From a virus (Duplodnaviria > Caudoviricetes), in the IMG/VR virus record IMGVR_UViG_3300031851_000001: a stretch of 64,000 bases of DNA. One strand, 5' to 3'. Shown here in pieces: positions 16,858-27,360 of the stretch; position 1 is the first letter of the stretch; every line of letters starts with the position of its first letter. The translations under genes and the position numbers were made by a program. The notes under the pieces were generated by a model. That model did no database searches. It had not been told where the DNA came from and saw only the letters and a list, made by a program, of their open reading frames with translations.

Positions 16858-17858
16858 TGGCAGGTTGGATATTACAAGGTGATTTAACGGGAGCTGGCGT
16901 TGGCCTTGATATGCCAAACCCAGCCTTTGACCCGTATGAAGGTCAGGTATTACGAAGAATTGCTTATTTGTATTCTTTAAATACCACCGTTAATTTATCG
17001 GTAGTTAATTCTGGTGGAAATTTAGGTACGATAGGTTCTGACACAAGAATGCAGGCTGGTGCAAGTACATCTACAACTGCAGCTCAAGGTGGCTTTGCTA
17101 CCTCAGGCAATACACCTGACATATCCACCGTCGCAGGCGGTACATACGCTCGTATTAGCCAATCAGTAAGCGGTTCTCCTCCTGCATTACCTACTGATAC
17201 AGACTTGCATAGGTTTCCATTGCTTATGACTCCAACTGCTGGCGATCTTCAGTCTATGGACTTGGCTGATTGCTACGAATTCTTTATTGCACCAGCAATG
17301 GCAATTATTCAAAACGGAACAGTAGATGCCAACTCGGGTGGCATGTATCATATATCTTCATCAAGCAGTGTTTCCGGTTCAACACTAATATCATCAACAC
17401 CGGTATTCATTGATACTAGAGCAAATGCTGCCGCGTACACTGCGGGAGGCATTGGTGAAACTCAGGACCAACCTACGACTGTTAGTAATTATTATTTACA
17501 TAAAGTTACTCCGGCAGCCAACACGCCTAGCTTTATGCCAGTATATTGGAGTTACGCAAATAGCGATATAAGAGAAATGTCTTTATCTATGTTTGACGAT
17601 ATATTTGGACCAATGATACAAAACGCTGCAGTGAACGGAACAGGCATAGCGGGTTTTGATTCAGTTTTAAGATATAACTTAAATGGATCTGGTAATACTA
17701 TGGGTTCAGTAATGGCTGATACAAGATTAAGTGGTTCATCAGCTTCTGGTTATACACAAAGATTTGTAAGTACGTCTGATTATCGAACACAAGAGTTTCC
17801 TAATGGTACTCCCACAACAATCAACTCTTATACATTAAAAGCAACATTAACTAACTAA
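16857..17858 (+). CDS. Probable virion structural protein
   Basis: Gly/Ser/Thr-rich, late operon, weak internal repeat (DLQSMD/DIREMS). Confidence 0.5.
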   Translation: MAGWILQGDLTGAGVGLDMPNPAFDPYEGQVLRRIAYLYSLNTTVNLSVVNSGGNLGTIGSDTRMQAGASTSTTAAQGGFATSGNTPDISTVAGGTYARISQSVSGSPPALPTDTDLHRFPLLMTPTAGDLQSMDLADCYEFFIAPAMAIIQNGTVDANSGGMYHISSSSSVSGSTLISSTPVFIDTRANAAAYTAGGIGETQDQPTTVSNYYLHKVTPAANTPSFMPVYWSYANSDIREMSLSMFDDIFGPMIQNAAVNGTGIAGFDSVLRYNLNGSGNTMGSVMADTRLSGSSASGYTQRFVSTSDYRTQEFPNGTPTTINSYTLKATLTN

Positions 17859-17869
17859 GGATTTATATT

Positions 17870-18448
17870 ATGGCAGAATTTAGTGGCGCGGTTGACGCGG
17901 CGTATTACATGGATGAAAACTACAGCTTAATTGAAGTTGTATATACAAATCCTAATAACGAAAAAGTTAATTACATGGTTGAAGTAGGAGACAATGCAGA
18001 TTATAATGCGTTAGTTTCAGAAGGTTGGGATCCAGAAAAGCTTGTTGAAACTACTTCAGAATTTAAAAGAGAAAGCGCTCGTGAATTTGGTGAATTAGTT
18101 AATGCGCAAGCGCAAGCCTTGGCAGAGGAAATGCTAGGAATGCGTTTCCTTATGGAACGTAAAGAAATTCTCGAAAAGCAAACAGCTGAGCTAGACCAAC
18201 AGACACAAGAAAAAGAAAATCAACTATTAAGCCTTGACCAAGATGTTAAAGTAAAAACAAACAAAGTTGACCACGCAGTGTATGACTTTATTCGCGACAA
18301 TAACGAAAGCAAAGAAGAACTCTTTAAGTTTAAACTTTGGGCATTAGAACAAGACGTGGTTAAAAAATCTGACAAATCAATTAAGTCTTCTATACGTAAG
18401 TCAACTCGTATTACATCAGCAATGGCGATTTACAACGATCTCTTATAA
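17870..18448 (+). CDS. Hypothetical coiled-coil protein
   Basis: Central heptad-rich region. Confidence 0.6.
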   Translation: MAEFSGAVDAAYYMDENYSLIEVVYTNPNNEKVNYMVEVGDNADYNALVSEGWDPEKLVETTSEFKRESAREFGELVNAQAQALAEEMLGMRFLMERKEILEKQTAELDQQTQEKENQLLSLDQDVKVKTNKVDHAVYDFIRDNNESKEELFKFKLWALEQDVVKKSDKSIKSSIRKSTRITSAMAIYNDLL

Positions 18449-19165
18449 AAAACTTGTAGGTCTATTGGTTTGAAAAGGATTAAGACACGCTATGATAAAG
18501 TCTACTTCCTTTTTGCTCAATCCTGTTTCTAAAAGTTTTGTCGTAAATTTTGGTACTATATTTTTGTAAGTTGTTTGATAATTTTTCTTGGCTAACTCTG
18601 AATTTTTCTCATCATTTAAATATGGTACACTACCTATCATGCAAGTATATATTACACAGGCATACGCAAAGTAATCATCTGTATAGTGTACGTTAGCTAG
18701 TAAACTTTCATATGGTCTACTAAAATGTCTACCTGATCCTAACAAAGGTGTGAGAATTACATCAAAACGCACTGAAGCATCAAAATCAAAATACCTAAAC
18801 TGGCCTTCGTTATAAGCTATGTTTTTAAGAGTATAGTCTAATAAAATATAATTACTGCTATGAACAATATCAAATAATTCTTTAGTGTATTTTGTGAATT
18901 TTCTTATAAGTTCTTTAGTTGGTGTGATATGAACACAGTCGAGTGGTTCACCTTCAACCCATTCTTTTATAAGTCTGCCATTGTTATAATCTATTATTTC
19001 TGGCAAAGACTCGTGGTTTATATGTAGGAGTGCTTCGTATTCATAATACGCTTGGTCTTTGTAACAGTAAGTTACATTATCTTTTTTAACGCGATATACG
19101 TTGCGCGTTGATTTTGGTTTAACACGCAAATGCTCGTCGAACATGACTTCATAGCCTGTTAACAT
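18443..19165 (-). CDS. Ser/Thr protein-kinase-like protein with degenerate motifs
   Basis: YCYK (beta3 Lys), LLDYTLKNI catalytic loop, YFDFD in place of DFG, DYFAYAC, RPT. Confidence 0.65.
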   Translation of the reverse strand: MLTGYEVMFDEHLRVKPKSTRNVYRVKKDNVTYCYKDQAYYEYEALLHINHESLPEIIDYNNGRLIKEWVEGEPLDCVHITPTKELIRKFTKYTKELFDIVHSSNYILLDYTLKNIAYNEGQFRYFDFDASVRFDVILTPLLGSGRHFSRPYESLLANVHYTDDYFAYACVIYTCMIGSVPYLNDEKNSELAKKNYQTTYKNIVPKFTTKLLETGLSKKEVDFIIACLNPFQTNRPTSFL

Positions 19166-19177
19166 TTTTTAATATCC

Positions 19178-19199
19178 TATAAATACATCTATATTTATA
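19178..19199. promoter_or_regulatory. Oppositely oriented T4-type late promoters
   Basis: TATAAATA (+) at 19178-19185 and TATTTATA (-) at 19192-19199. Confidence 0.6.
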
Positions 19200-19207
19200 A
19201 TGAAAGT

Positions 19208-20401
19208 ATGACAATGAAATGTATAGTTCCGGAAACCGGGATTACAATTAATCCTATTGGCGAAATGGTTATATGTTGTGCAGGTGACAACGTAGCGCTT
19301 TCGCATATCAAAGATGTGGATAACCTTACCGAGTTTTTTAATGGCGAAGTGTATGATAAACTTCGTTCTGACTTCAAAGAAAAGTCGTTTCCAAAACAAT
19401 GTAACGTATGTTGGAGACATTGGGATGCAGGTCGTATTGCTAGGTTTGACTCATACAACCGATTTAGCTTTCCTACATATGAAGAAGATTTAGCGTCTGA
19501 CGTTATTCCTATTAGATTTCTTGAGATCACAACAAGTAACATATGCAATCAAATGTGTGTCTCTTGTTCTGGTAAGTATTCTTCTAAGTGGTCGCCATAT
19601 GAAAAAATGGCGGTTGAGTCTGGTCTAACATGGCGCAACGAAAACCACAAGTTCCATACCAAAATGTATAAAATGACTAAGGCTGATGTTGATAAGGTAT
19701 TGGATATAGTTCCACACCTGCAGCATTTAACTATTAAGGGTGGTGAACCTTTTGCTGATCCTAATAACATAAAGATACTAAAAAAGTTAGCCGAAACTAA
19801 TCCCGGCTGCAGGGTAGAGATATGCACAAACATGCAACTCGTAACTAACACAGTTATTGAAATATTGCATCAGATAAACGAAGTACATATTCAAGCAAGC
19901 ATTGACGGCATACATGAAATGTATGATTGGATACGTGGAGGTAACTTTAAGAAGACAGTAAACAACATTAAGAGATACCACGAACACTCTGGACGTAAGG
20001 TAGTTATTGTATCAACAGTATCTGTATATAATTGGATGCACCTTCCAGAACTTATCGACTATTGGAAAACTATTGAGGGCGTGGATAGAATTAGCATGGC
20101 TAACCTTGTTACATTCCCTAAATATTGTAGTCCATGTTACCTAGACGAACACCACATAGAAGAAGGCAGAAACAAACTATTTGATTACTTAAAAGATTGG
20201 GATAAAAAGTCAGACACTTATTATACGACAGACAACCTACATTTATCAGGCATGAATAATGTATTGAGTGTGGTACAAGGTGATGATGATATTAAACTAA
20301 TACAAAAACGAATGATACAATGGATCGACTTTTGTTTAGTCGCTCGTGAAAACAATGAAGATATATATGAGTTAGCACCATACTTAGAGGATTACAGATG
20401 A
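19208..20401 (+). CDS. Radical SAM protein with N-terminal SPASM/twitch-like domain
   Basis: CNQMCVSC (CxxxCxxC), GGEP; N-terminal C...CC...CxxC. Confidence 0.88.
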   Translation: MTMKCIVPETGITINPIGEMVICCAGDNVALSHIKDVDNLTEFFNGEVYDKLRSDFKEKSFPKQCNVCWRHWDAGRIARFDSYNRFSFPTYEEDLASDVIPIRFLEITTSNICNQMCVSCSGKYSSKWSPYEKMAVESGLTWRNENHKFHTKMYKMTKADVDKVLDIVPHLQHLTIKGGEPFADPNNIKILKKLAETNPGCRVEICTNMQLVTNTVIEILHQINEVHIQASIDGIHEMYDWIRGGNFKKTVNNIKRYHEHSGRKVVIVSTVSVYNWMHLPELIDYWKTIEGVDRISMANLVTFPKYCSPCYLDEHHIEEGRNKLFDYLKDWDKKSDTYYTTDNLHLSGMNNVLSVVQGDDDIKLIQKRMIQWIDFCLVARENNEDIYELAPYLEDYR

Positions 20402-21468
20402 GTTGGGATTTTTTTCAATCCAATAGAACAATACCATCTCAACATAAGATGGTTTCTTGTTATGCTCCATTTAATCATATGCGAATCCGTAGAAACGGAG
20501 AAATGCACCCATGCTGTTTTTCAACACAAAAAACACGTTGGAAAAAAGATGAAGTTAGCCTAAAAGATTATTGGTTTGGAGAGTTAAACCAATCATATCA
20601 AGAAGCATTATTAGAAAATACTCTACACGACGGTTGCCAAAAAGTATGCGGTGCTAGAATAAATTCTAAAATAAAGCCGCCTATCAATGAATACGATCAT
20701 AATGTTGGTGACGATAGACTTAAACACGCATTATCATTATCTTATCCTAGAATTTTTGAGTTCGAAATATCAAATCTTTGCAACATGGCTTGTCCAATGT
20801 GTATGGGTGAGTTAAGTTCAAAGCATATGTTAGGACGCGATAAAAACTTAAAAGTTTATGACCCAAACACATTTGACGATGATGAAAATTTACAATCGTT
20901 ACTAGAAGAATTTAAAGAATTTGTTCCACACCTTGATGAAATAAGATTTGTTGGTGGAGAACCTTTTTCGCACAAAGCGTTATATAAACTATGTAGTATG
21001 ATTGCTAAAATTAATCCTAGTATGCGTATTCAAGTGTGTACTAATGGAAGTGTGTTTAATAAAAAAGTTCTTAAAATATGTAATGAAAATAATTTAAAGT
21101 TAACCATATCTGTTGATACAGTTGTTCCAAAAGAATATAGCCAGATTAGAATTGGTGGTAATTATGAAGAGACTTATAATAATGTGAAGAGATTTGGCGA
21201 ACGTTGCAAAGTTACAGTAAACGCGACTCTTATGTCTATAAACGCATTGAATATAGACAAGTTATTTGAATATGCTATGGAAAATGAATATGGTGTTTTC
21301 ATAAACACTTATGATAGATCAGGCAGAAGTCATACTGAAGATTGGAGCATAAGTACAATGAAAATGGTTGACAGGCAAGCTTCAGTTGACAGGCTTACTG
21401 CTTTATTGGGTGATGAAAATTATAAGAGACACTATGAAGAAATTAGAAAGATTATTAATTTGTTATGA
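20398..21468 (+). CDS. Radical SAM protein with N-terminal SPASM/twitch-like domain (paralog)
   Basis: CNMACPMC, GGEP; CYAPF...HPCC...CQKVC. Confidence 0.88.
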   Translation: MSWDFFQSNRTIPSQHKMVSCYAPFNHMRIRRNGEMHPCCFSTQKTRWKKDEVSLKDYWFGELNQSYQEALLENTLHDGCQKVCGARINSKIKPPINEYDHNVGDDRLKHALSLSYPRIFEFEISNLCNMACPMCMGELSSKHMLGRDKNLKVYDPNTFDDDENLQSLLEEFKEFVPHLDEIRFVGGEPFSHKALYKLCSMIAKINPSMRIQVCTNGSVFNKKVLKICNENNLKLTISVDTVVPKEYSQIRIGGNYEETYNNVKRFGERCKVTVNATLMSINALNIDKLFEYAMENEYGVFINTYDRSGRSHTEDWSISTMKMVDRQASVDRLTALLGDENYKRHYEEIRKIINLL

Positions 21469-22073
21469 AACCAGATAATATAATATTCGTAAAGCATGGT
21501 GATAAGTATACTGCCGAACATGTCAATAGATTAAGAGATCAGCTTAGAGAATATTACCCTAAGGCTCAATACCTGTGTTATACAGAAGATCCGTCTGGCG
21601 TTGAAATCGAAAAAATTCCATGTTTTAAAAAACCAACACTCAGATTTTGGTGGAATAAACTTGCAATGTTTAGTGCAGACTTTCCTGTAGAAGGTAAGTG
21701 TTTATTTTTTGATTTAGATATGGATATTAAAGAAGATCCATCGACATTTTTAAAATGGGACGGATTAACAATACTTAAAGATTATTGGAAAGACGATTTG
21801 TACATGGCCGCGCATGCTTATGATGTTCACATAAATAGTTCTGTGATCACGTGGACTGCTGGAGAACAGACGCACATATGGGATCACTTCTTATCTAACA
21901 AAGATTACTTCATGCGTAAGTATAAAGGTATAGATAGATTTTTAGTCCACGAAGGATTAGAGTTTAATACCTTTGAGCATGGTTTAGTAAACAGTGTCGC
22001 TAATGAATTTAGGAATGCACCAATTGATATGTATAATGGAATGAAATATGAGCTACCTAGAAACAATCTATAA
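21465..22073 (+). CDS. GT-A fold glycosyltransferase-like protein
   Basis: WWNKL, FFDLDMDI (DxD), NSSV. Confidence 0.7.
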   Translation: MKPDNIIFVKHGDKYTAEHVNRLRDQLREYYPKAQYLCYTEDPSGVEIEKIPCFKKPTLRFWWNKLAMFSADFPVEGKCLFFDLDMDIKEDPSTFLKWDGLTILKDYWKDDLYMAAHAYDVHINSSVITWTAGEQTHIWDHFLSNKDYFMRKYKGIDRFLVHEGLEFNTFEHGLVNSVANEFRNAPIDMYNGMKYELPRNNL

Positions 22074-22713
22074 AAATGCATTAAACGAATGTGAAAATAT
22101 TTACAGAGAATCACAGTACAATAAAGACGTAGATTTATATAGAAGCTACGACATTATGAACTCTGTCAACGAAACACAGTTGAAAAGCAAGCAATGGCTT
22201 GTTGACACCCTAGTACCTTTTCTTACAGACAAACAATTTAGATGGTGTCCACTGCAAGATATTATTATTCTTGGCGGGTGGTATGGCATGAATGGAATGT
22301 TGCTTCGCCAAAAGATCGACAACGATATTAATATATGGAACGTTGATACAGACCCACTATGTTTAAAATATTCATATGCACTACAGGCTGGCAACGATGA
22401 TTACAAAAACAATCATTCAATTACTGATGATGCTTTAGACTATTTTTTTACTAGGTCCGATGCATATCAACTTATTATTAATACAAGCTGTGAGCATATG
22501 GAACCAGATGATATACGTTTAATCCTTGGTGCTAAGACACGAGAAACTGTGATTTGTTTTCAAAGCAATAATTACCATTCTATCCAAAGTCATATCAATA
22601 CACACAATAGCCTAGATGAGTTTGTTGAGTCGCTAGACTTAGCTGGTGTTTTGTGGAAGGGTGAAATGCAAGTTAATGAGGAATGCACACGTTATATGGT
22701 GATAGGCGTATGA
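22048..22713 (+). CDS. Class I SAM-dependent methyltransferase-like protein
   Basis: IILGGWYG, VDTD, INTSCEHM. Confidence 0.65.
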   Translation: MSYLETIYKNALNECENIYRESQYNKDVDLYRSYDIMNSVNETQLKSKQWLVDTLVPFLTDKQFRWCPLQDIIILGGWYGMNGMLLRQKIDNDINIWNVDTDPLCLKYSYALQAGNDDYKNNHSITDDALDYFFTRSDAYQLIINTSCEHMEPDDIRLILGAKTRETVICFQSNNYHSIQSHINTHNSLDEFVESLDLAGVLWKGEMQVNEECTRYMVIGV

Positions 22714-24425
22714 AGAGAGTTATTTTCACAACATATGACGATATAAAAAAAGAGAACGACCAGTGGGGAATGAATTATTACGCTACTGAGTCTATTAATG
22801 AATATTTTGATAGGTTAATCTCAAACAAAGAAGAGTATGCCAACAGTCTAATCAATGTTGAGTTTAAGTTTTATCACAATACGATGAAAGACTTTAATGT
22901 TGACACTGAACTAGAGTTTACAAAGGCTAATATATACAAACACCATATTATGGCAGAGTTAGCTGAAGAGTTTGACGAAGTTATGTATGTAGATATGGAT
23001 GTTGTTTTCAATACGGAAAAGAACGTGTTTGATGAATTGGATTTGAGTAAAGGCATTCACATCCAAGTACAGACACACGAAGTTACAAGCAAGGACATTG
23101 AAGGTGTTATGTTTGAAAATATCGGAAACCGTTCTCCTACATTGAAATACCACATCACAAAAGATTTATTAAATGGTAAAGATAACCACGTAATGAATAC
23201 TGGTATTATGATCGCCAAGTCTGAGCATATCAAGAAAATTAAATACATTGAAAGACTTCCTAGCATCATAAAAAGAATACAAGATATGCGAGTTTCTGGA
23301 GTAAGCAATGATGAATACAAATTTCTTAGAATGTATTACTACCCAAACAACGAAAGCATTTTTTCGTATATCATGGAAAGTACAGACATTCCTTATGAGA
23401 TTATGGATGAGAGATGGCACAAGATCATCAAAGATACCCCGCAACCATTGGATTGGGATAACATTGAGATTGCGCATTTCATAGGTAAAAAGTTTAGCAC
23501 GTTCTTCCAAGATAAGACAAAGTTAATATATTCTATTTACATTGAAATACCCGATGAACACTTAGATAATCCAAGAGGACCTAAAGACGATCCTGTAAAC
23601 AAAAGCAAGCGAACTAAAGAAAGGCTGGCTGCATATAAAGATAAGCTGTACGACAACCATCTTGAATATGCACATGCTCAAAAGGCAACTTATATTCACT
23701 TTGGCAGAGATGATAGATACGAAAAGTTTCGTGCTAGGTTTCCCGATTTGTCAGAATATGATATAATCAATTTATATAAGGTATATCTTTTAGATTACAT
23801 GACGCACTATTATGATTTAGTATTGTACGTGGACTTTGATGTTTGGTTTGATAAATTCGAAGTTAACACCTTTGATTGGTTAATGGGTGAGCATCTGCTT
23901 TGTTGTGATGCAGCTAACGCTGAAAATTCTGGCGTAAAACTTTGGGATGCATTATATCTTAAAAACTATGATAAAGACTTTAGGTCACCAGAAGCCAAGT
24001 ATTGGAACTGCCATGCAATGTTATCTGAAGAAGATGTTGAGCCTGACAATTATGTTTTCAATACAGGTATTATGATGGCAAGTAAAAAGGTTATGGAACA
24101 GTTAGATTACTTTTCTGATATAGATGAAACCCTTGCTATGATGAAAGAACTAAAGGAAGACTCCATATATCCACCACAAGTGCAAGAATCATTTGGGTAC
24201 GACAATGAAACAATCATGGCGTACAAAGTTAAAATGAATAATGTGTTTGTGCAAAGATTATCTCAGACGTGGCATCTTAAACATATGAGCGAAAAAATTC
24301 AAGCGTTTGATAAAAATACAAATGAATATGAAATTAGTAAACAAAAACTAAAAGCAGAAATGGCTGAACACAATACAGTAATGGTTCACATGATTTCTAA
24401 GAACTTTGGATTACTGGTCGAGTAA
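22683..24425 (+). CDS. Tandem two-domain GT-A glycosyltransferase-like protein
   Basis: Duplicated YVDMDV/YVDFDV, NTGIM/NTGIM, NNESI/DNETI. Confidence 0.7.
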   Translation: MHTLYGDRRMKRVIFTTYDDIKKENDQWGMNYYATESINEYFDRLISNKEEYANSLINVEFKFYHNTMKDFNVDTELEFTKANIYKHHIMAELAEEFDEVMYVDMDVVFNTEKNVFDELDLSKGIHIQVQTHEVTSKDIEGVMFENIGNRSPTLKYHITKDLLNGKDNHVMNTGIMIAKSEHIKKIKYIERLPSIIKRIQDMRVSGVSNDEYKFLRMYYYPNNESIFSYIMESTDIPYEIMDERWHKIIKDTPQPLDWDNIEIAHFIGKKFSTFFQDKTKLIYSIYIEIPDEHLDNPRGPKDDPVNKSKRTKERLAAYKDKLYDNHLEYAHAQKATYIHFGRDDRYEKFRARFPDLSEYDIINLYKVYLLDYMTHYYDLVLYVDFDVWFDKFEVNTFDWLMGEHLLCCDAANAENSGVKLWDALYLKNYDKDFRSPEAKYWNCHAMLSEEDVEPDNYVFNTGIMMASKKVMEQLDYFSDIDETLAMMKELKEDSIYPPQVQESFGYDNETIMAYKVKMNNVFVQRLSQTWHLKHMSEKIQAFDKNTNEYEISKQKLKAEMAEHNTVMVHMISKNFGLLVE

Positions 24426-25269
24426 GTGGACTCCAAGGAGTATAATGTCCTTTTATACTATTCTTATAACTATCATCCTGCTTCATAAGATGTAATGTTA
24501 AACCAATCTTAGAACCCTCAAATTCGGTTGGCGCATGCAGCACTGATGTATCTTGTACGATTGCATGGCAATGTTCCCACGGAAATATATTTTCAATACT
24601 TAACCCATCGTATACAGATAAAGGAATATGTTTAGGCATGATTTCTTTCAACTTATGTACGTCTCTATTACCAACATCAATATTATCCACTCCATAATAT
24701 GAGTAGTTCATATGCTTAATCACGTTATGGTAATTTGCAAAGGAAGCTATTTCCCTTCCCTTCATAAACATAGTTGCATGTCCACGATACCTTTGATGGA
24801 ACGTTACATAAGTGCCGGGACCATTAATTTCTAGTGGTATAATAATATCTTTGTATGGTCTGTAACCATCTAAGTGCGTAACGGCGTCGGTATGTAAACC
24901 ATATGGCTTTACAGCTTTAAACATTTGATCGCCAACACTCATAGGATCATCGCCAGCTATATCCGAATAGAATATTGTATCCTCACCAAACTCTTCATAT
25001 ATTTTTGGTCTGATAATATCTGATATTTCTTTGATAAGCATTGGATATACTATTCTATAAATATGTTCGTTAATTATTTCGCCATTTGTATTAAAGTGGT
25101 AATCCCATGCACATAGTAATTGTTCTCTTTCCGTGTCTGTTATGAAATCATGAATTACATAGGAAGGCTCGTTTTGATCTTTGAACATCTTAACGTTTGG
25201 GTTATGTATAATGTCCATAGTTCTGAGTTCATCATCAGAAAAAGGTCTATCAGTTCTGTATATATTCAT
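24397..25269 (-). CDS. 2OG-Fe(II) oxygenase-like protein
   Basis: LHTD (HxD) and distal LHAPT His. Confidence 0.6.
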   Translation of the reverse strand: MNIYRTDRPFSDDELRTMDIIHNPNVKMFKDQNEPSYVIHDFITDTEREQLLCAWDYHFNTNGEIINEHIYRIVYPMLIKEISDIIRPKIYEEFGEDTIFYSDIAGDDPMSVGDQMFKAVKPYGLHTDAVTHLDGYRPYKDIIIPLEINGPGTYVTFHQRYRGHATMFMKGREIASFANYHNVIKHMNYSYYGVDNIDVGNRDVHKLKEIMPKHIPLSVYDGLSIENIFPWEHCHAIVQDTSVLHAPTEFEGSKIGLTLHLMKQDDSYKNSIKGHYTPWSPLTRPVIQSS

Positions 25270-25729
25270 TAGGTATTGCCTCTATTACTTCTTGCCAAGT
25301 TTCTCTCATTACAAATTTCATCTGCAGCCTTTCATACGGTACTGGGTCAACCCAATGTCTTATATCGCCATTGTTAATTGCCATTGCTTCGTAAGGTACG
25401 TTGCCTACACCTTCAATACCTATAACTGGCGTTTGATCCATTAAGTTTATTTGTATAGATGTAACATGATCTTCATCATAGTGTATAGGTATGTCGTTAT
25501 TAGTTTCTAACCAATAAAACCTTGGTCTATTATCAAACTGTTGAATATTCAAAGCCTCTGCTACTTCATTTATATTAGGGTCCTCACCTTGTTGCGGATA
25601 AGTCTGCCACCATTTATCTACTTGGTCAAACTGTTTCCACTGATACCAGCGTCCGGTATTTCGCCATGCCTCTGCTACTTCTCTAAAGCGCGGTTTATCT
25701 ATTTTAAAGTTAAGATGTAGTAAATTCAT
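25250..25729 (-). CDS. 2OG-Fe(II) oxygenase/cupin-like protein
   Basis: IPIHYD, distal RHWV, R-x-x-x-K ending. Confidence 0.65.
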   Translation of the reverse strand: MNLLHLNFKIDKPRFREVAEAWRNTGRWYQWKQFDQVDKWWQTYPQQGEDPNINEVAEALNIQQFDNRPRFYWLETNNDIPIHYDEDHVTSIQINLMDQTPVIGIEGVGNVPYEAMAINNGDIRHWVDPVPYERLQMKFVMRETWQEVIEAIPNEYIQN

Positions 25730-26153
25730 ATTCAGATAATTCGTTAAAAATTTCTATTGCTTCATTAATTGGTTCTTGGAATGATATATTGATACTATAC
25801 CTAGTATGTTCGTTATTAAATACAGCATGCCTAGATTGAGTATTCAACAACATTACACCACTAAACGTTTCATCCTCAAAAGAGCAGGGTGCATAATGGC
25901 CAGATAGCGGATAGCTTAGTGCAGCGTTTCGTTTACCATCAACATGCCAATCCATAACGTCGTGTGGTTCTAACTTTATGAGTGCAACATTACGATTTGC
26001 AAATTTTAATCCTGTTTGATAATAATACATTCCCATACGATTACCTGATACTGTGGATTGATATGGTGTCCACTCTTTAACACTTTCAGCCATGTTTAAA
26101 AAATCGTTGTGACGCTCTTCCGATAAAAACCGTGGCAATTCATAATAATTCAT
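25710..26153 (-). CDS. 2OG-Fe(II) oxygenase/cupin-like protein
   Basis: DWHVD, RHAVFN, RYSINISF. Confidence 0.7.
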   Translation of the reverse strand: MNYYELPRFLSEERHNDFLNMAESVKEWTPYQSTVSGNRMGMYYYQTGLKFANRNVALIKLEPHDVMDWHVDGKRNAALSYPLSGHYAPCSFEDETFSGVMLLNTQSRHAVFNNEHTRYSINISFQEPINEAIEIFNELSEYEFTTS

Positions 26154-26869
26154 TTGTAAAATCCTTTAAATATTCTAAATATTTCTTGGTGACCTTTTGC
26201 ATTAGGGTGTCTATCTTGTTTGCTAATCATACAATCCCCTTGCATTAATTCTTCAAAACAACAACCGCCATATTGCCAGTGAAAAGGCCAACCAAACATA
26301 TTGCCTTTTCTCTTGTGTATCATATTAAAGTAATTAGAGTCTAACATATCATATACATCTTTGTTTTCAACAAGTGGATATATCATTTGAAACACAATAA
26401 GTTCTATATTTTTGTGTGAACATAAATCCATTAATACATATAATTGAAATAGAGTTTCTTCTACAAGGCATTTTTTAGTATTATCATCAAATGGAATAAT
26501 ATTAAAATAATCGTCGTGTCTATTTGTCCATTTTTGATGTTTGGCTTTTTGTTCTTCAGACACGTCATTATCCCATACAACATTTTTGTTTGTGTTTGGA
26601 TTAAAACGATTGTCACCGGGAGTAGAAAATCTATACCACTGAGATAAGGCTATAATACATCTAGTAGTATTACATGTATATATTTGTTTTATTGCTCTCT
26701 TTATTATTTCTACATTACCGAGAGCATCTCCATAAACGTTAACAACGTCCCAGTCATAATAATCTTGTAATAACTCATCCCACTTTGGATATGATGTGTC
26801 GTAGCTGGGGTGGATCCTTGGAAAATAATTTCTGTTAGACCAACTGCAGCCAGACAGTATTGTTTTCAT
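26150..26869 (-). CDS. SGNH-hydrolase-like protein
   Basis: SGCSWS N-terminal block and DRHPN C-terminal block. Confidence 0.55.
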   Translation of the reverse strand: MKTILSGCSWSNRNYFPRIHPSYDTSYPKWDELLQDYYDWDVVNVYGDALGNVEIIKRAIKQIYTCNTTRCIIALSQWYRFSTPGDNRFNPNTNKNVVWDNDVSEEQKAKHQKWTNRHDDYFNIIPFDDNTKKCLVEETLFQLYVLMDLCSHKNIELIVFQMIYPLVENKDVYDMLDSNYFNMIHKRKGNMFGWPFHWQYGGCCFEELMQGDCMISKQDRHPNAKGHQEIFRIFKGFYK

Positions 26870-27360
26870 AACATAGTGCCGACGATATGAGTTCGAGATG
26901 ATGTAGAAGCATTAACAAATGTGTGAATGTTTGTTGTGTCTACCTCATAAACACTGCCATCTGCCGGCAGCCTAAAGATTTCATCGTTCATAACAAAGAA
27001 GTTATTATCGTTGGTTTCAATTGGTATATGTATTCTTTTAGTAAAGTCTTTGTGATAAGTATAACATGTTTTACCATTCAATATCATAACCCTACTATAT
27101 GCCAGATTGTATTTTCCTAACAAAGAGTTGATATATGGCAATGCAAAATGAAACTCAACCAAGTCTTTGGCTGTTACTTTCGTTTGTCTTTCCCAAGCGT
27201 TAGTTTGGTTTGTTGCAGGTACTATATGTTTAAATACACTATCTTCAACACGTTCACCTTGAAGTGCGTAAGTCGTTTCATGGTGAATAAGAGATAACTC
27301 ACTCTTAATTTTTTCGAGATCAACTGTATCAATTACTCTATAATAAGATTGTCTATCCAT
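26866..27360 (-). CDS. Aspartyl/asparaginyl beta-hydroxylase-like 2OG oxygenase
   Basis: YHKD...RIHIP, HTFVN, RTHIV. Confidence 0.75.
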   Translation of the reverse strand: MDRQSYYRVIDTVDLEKIKSELSLIHHETTYALQGERVEDSVFKHIVPATNQTNAWERQTKVTAKDLVEFHFALPYINSLLGKYNLAYSRVMILNGKTCYTYHKDFTKRIHIPIETNDNNFFVMNDEIFRLPADGSVYEVDTTNIHTFVNASTSSRTHIVGTML

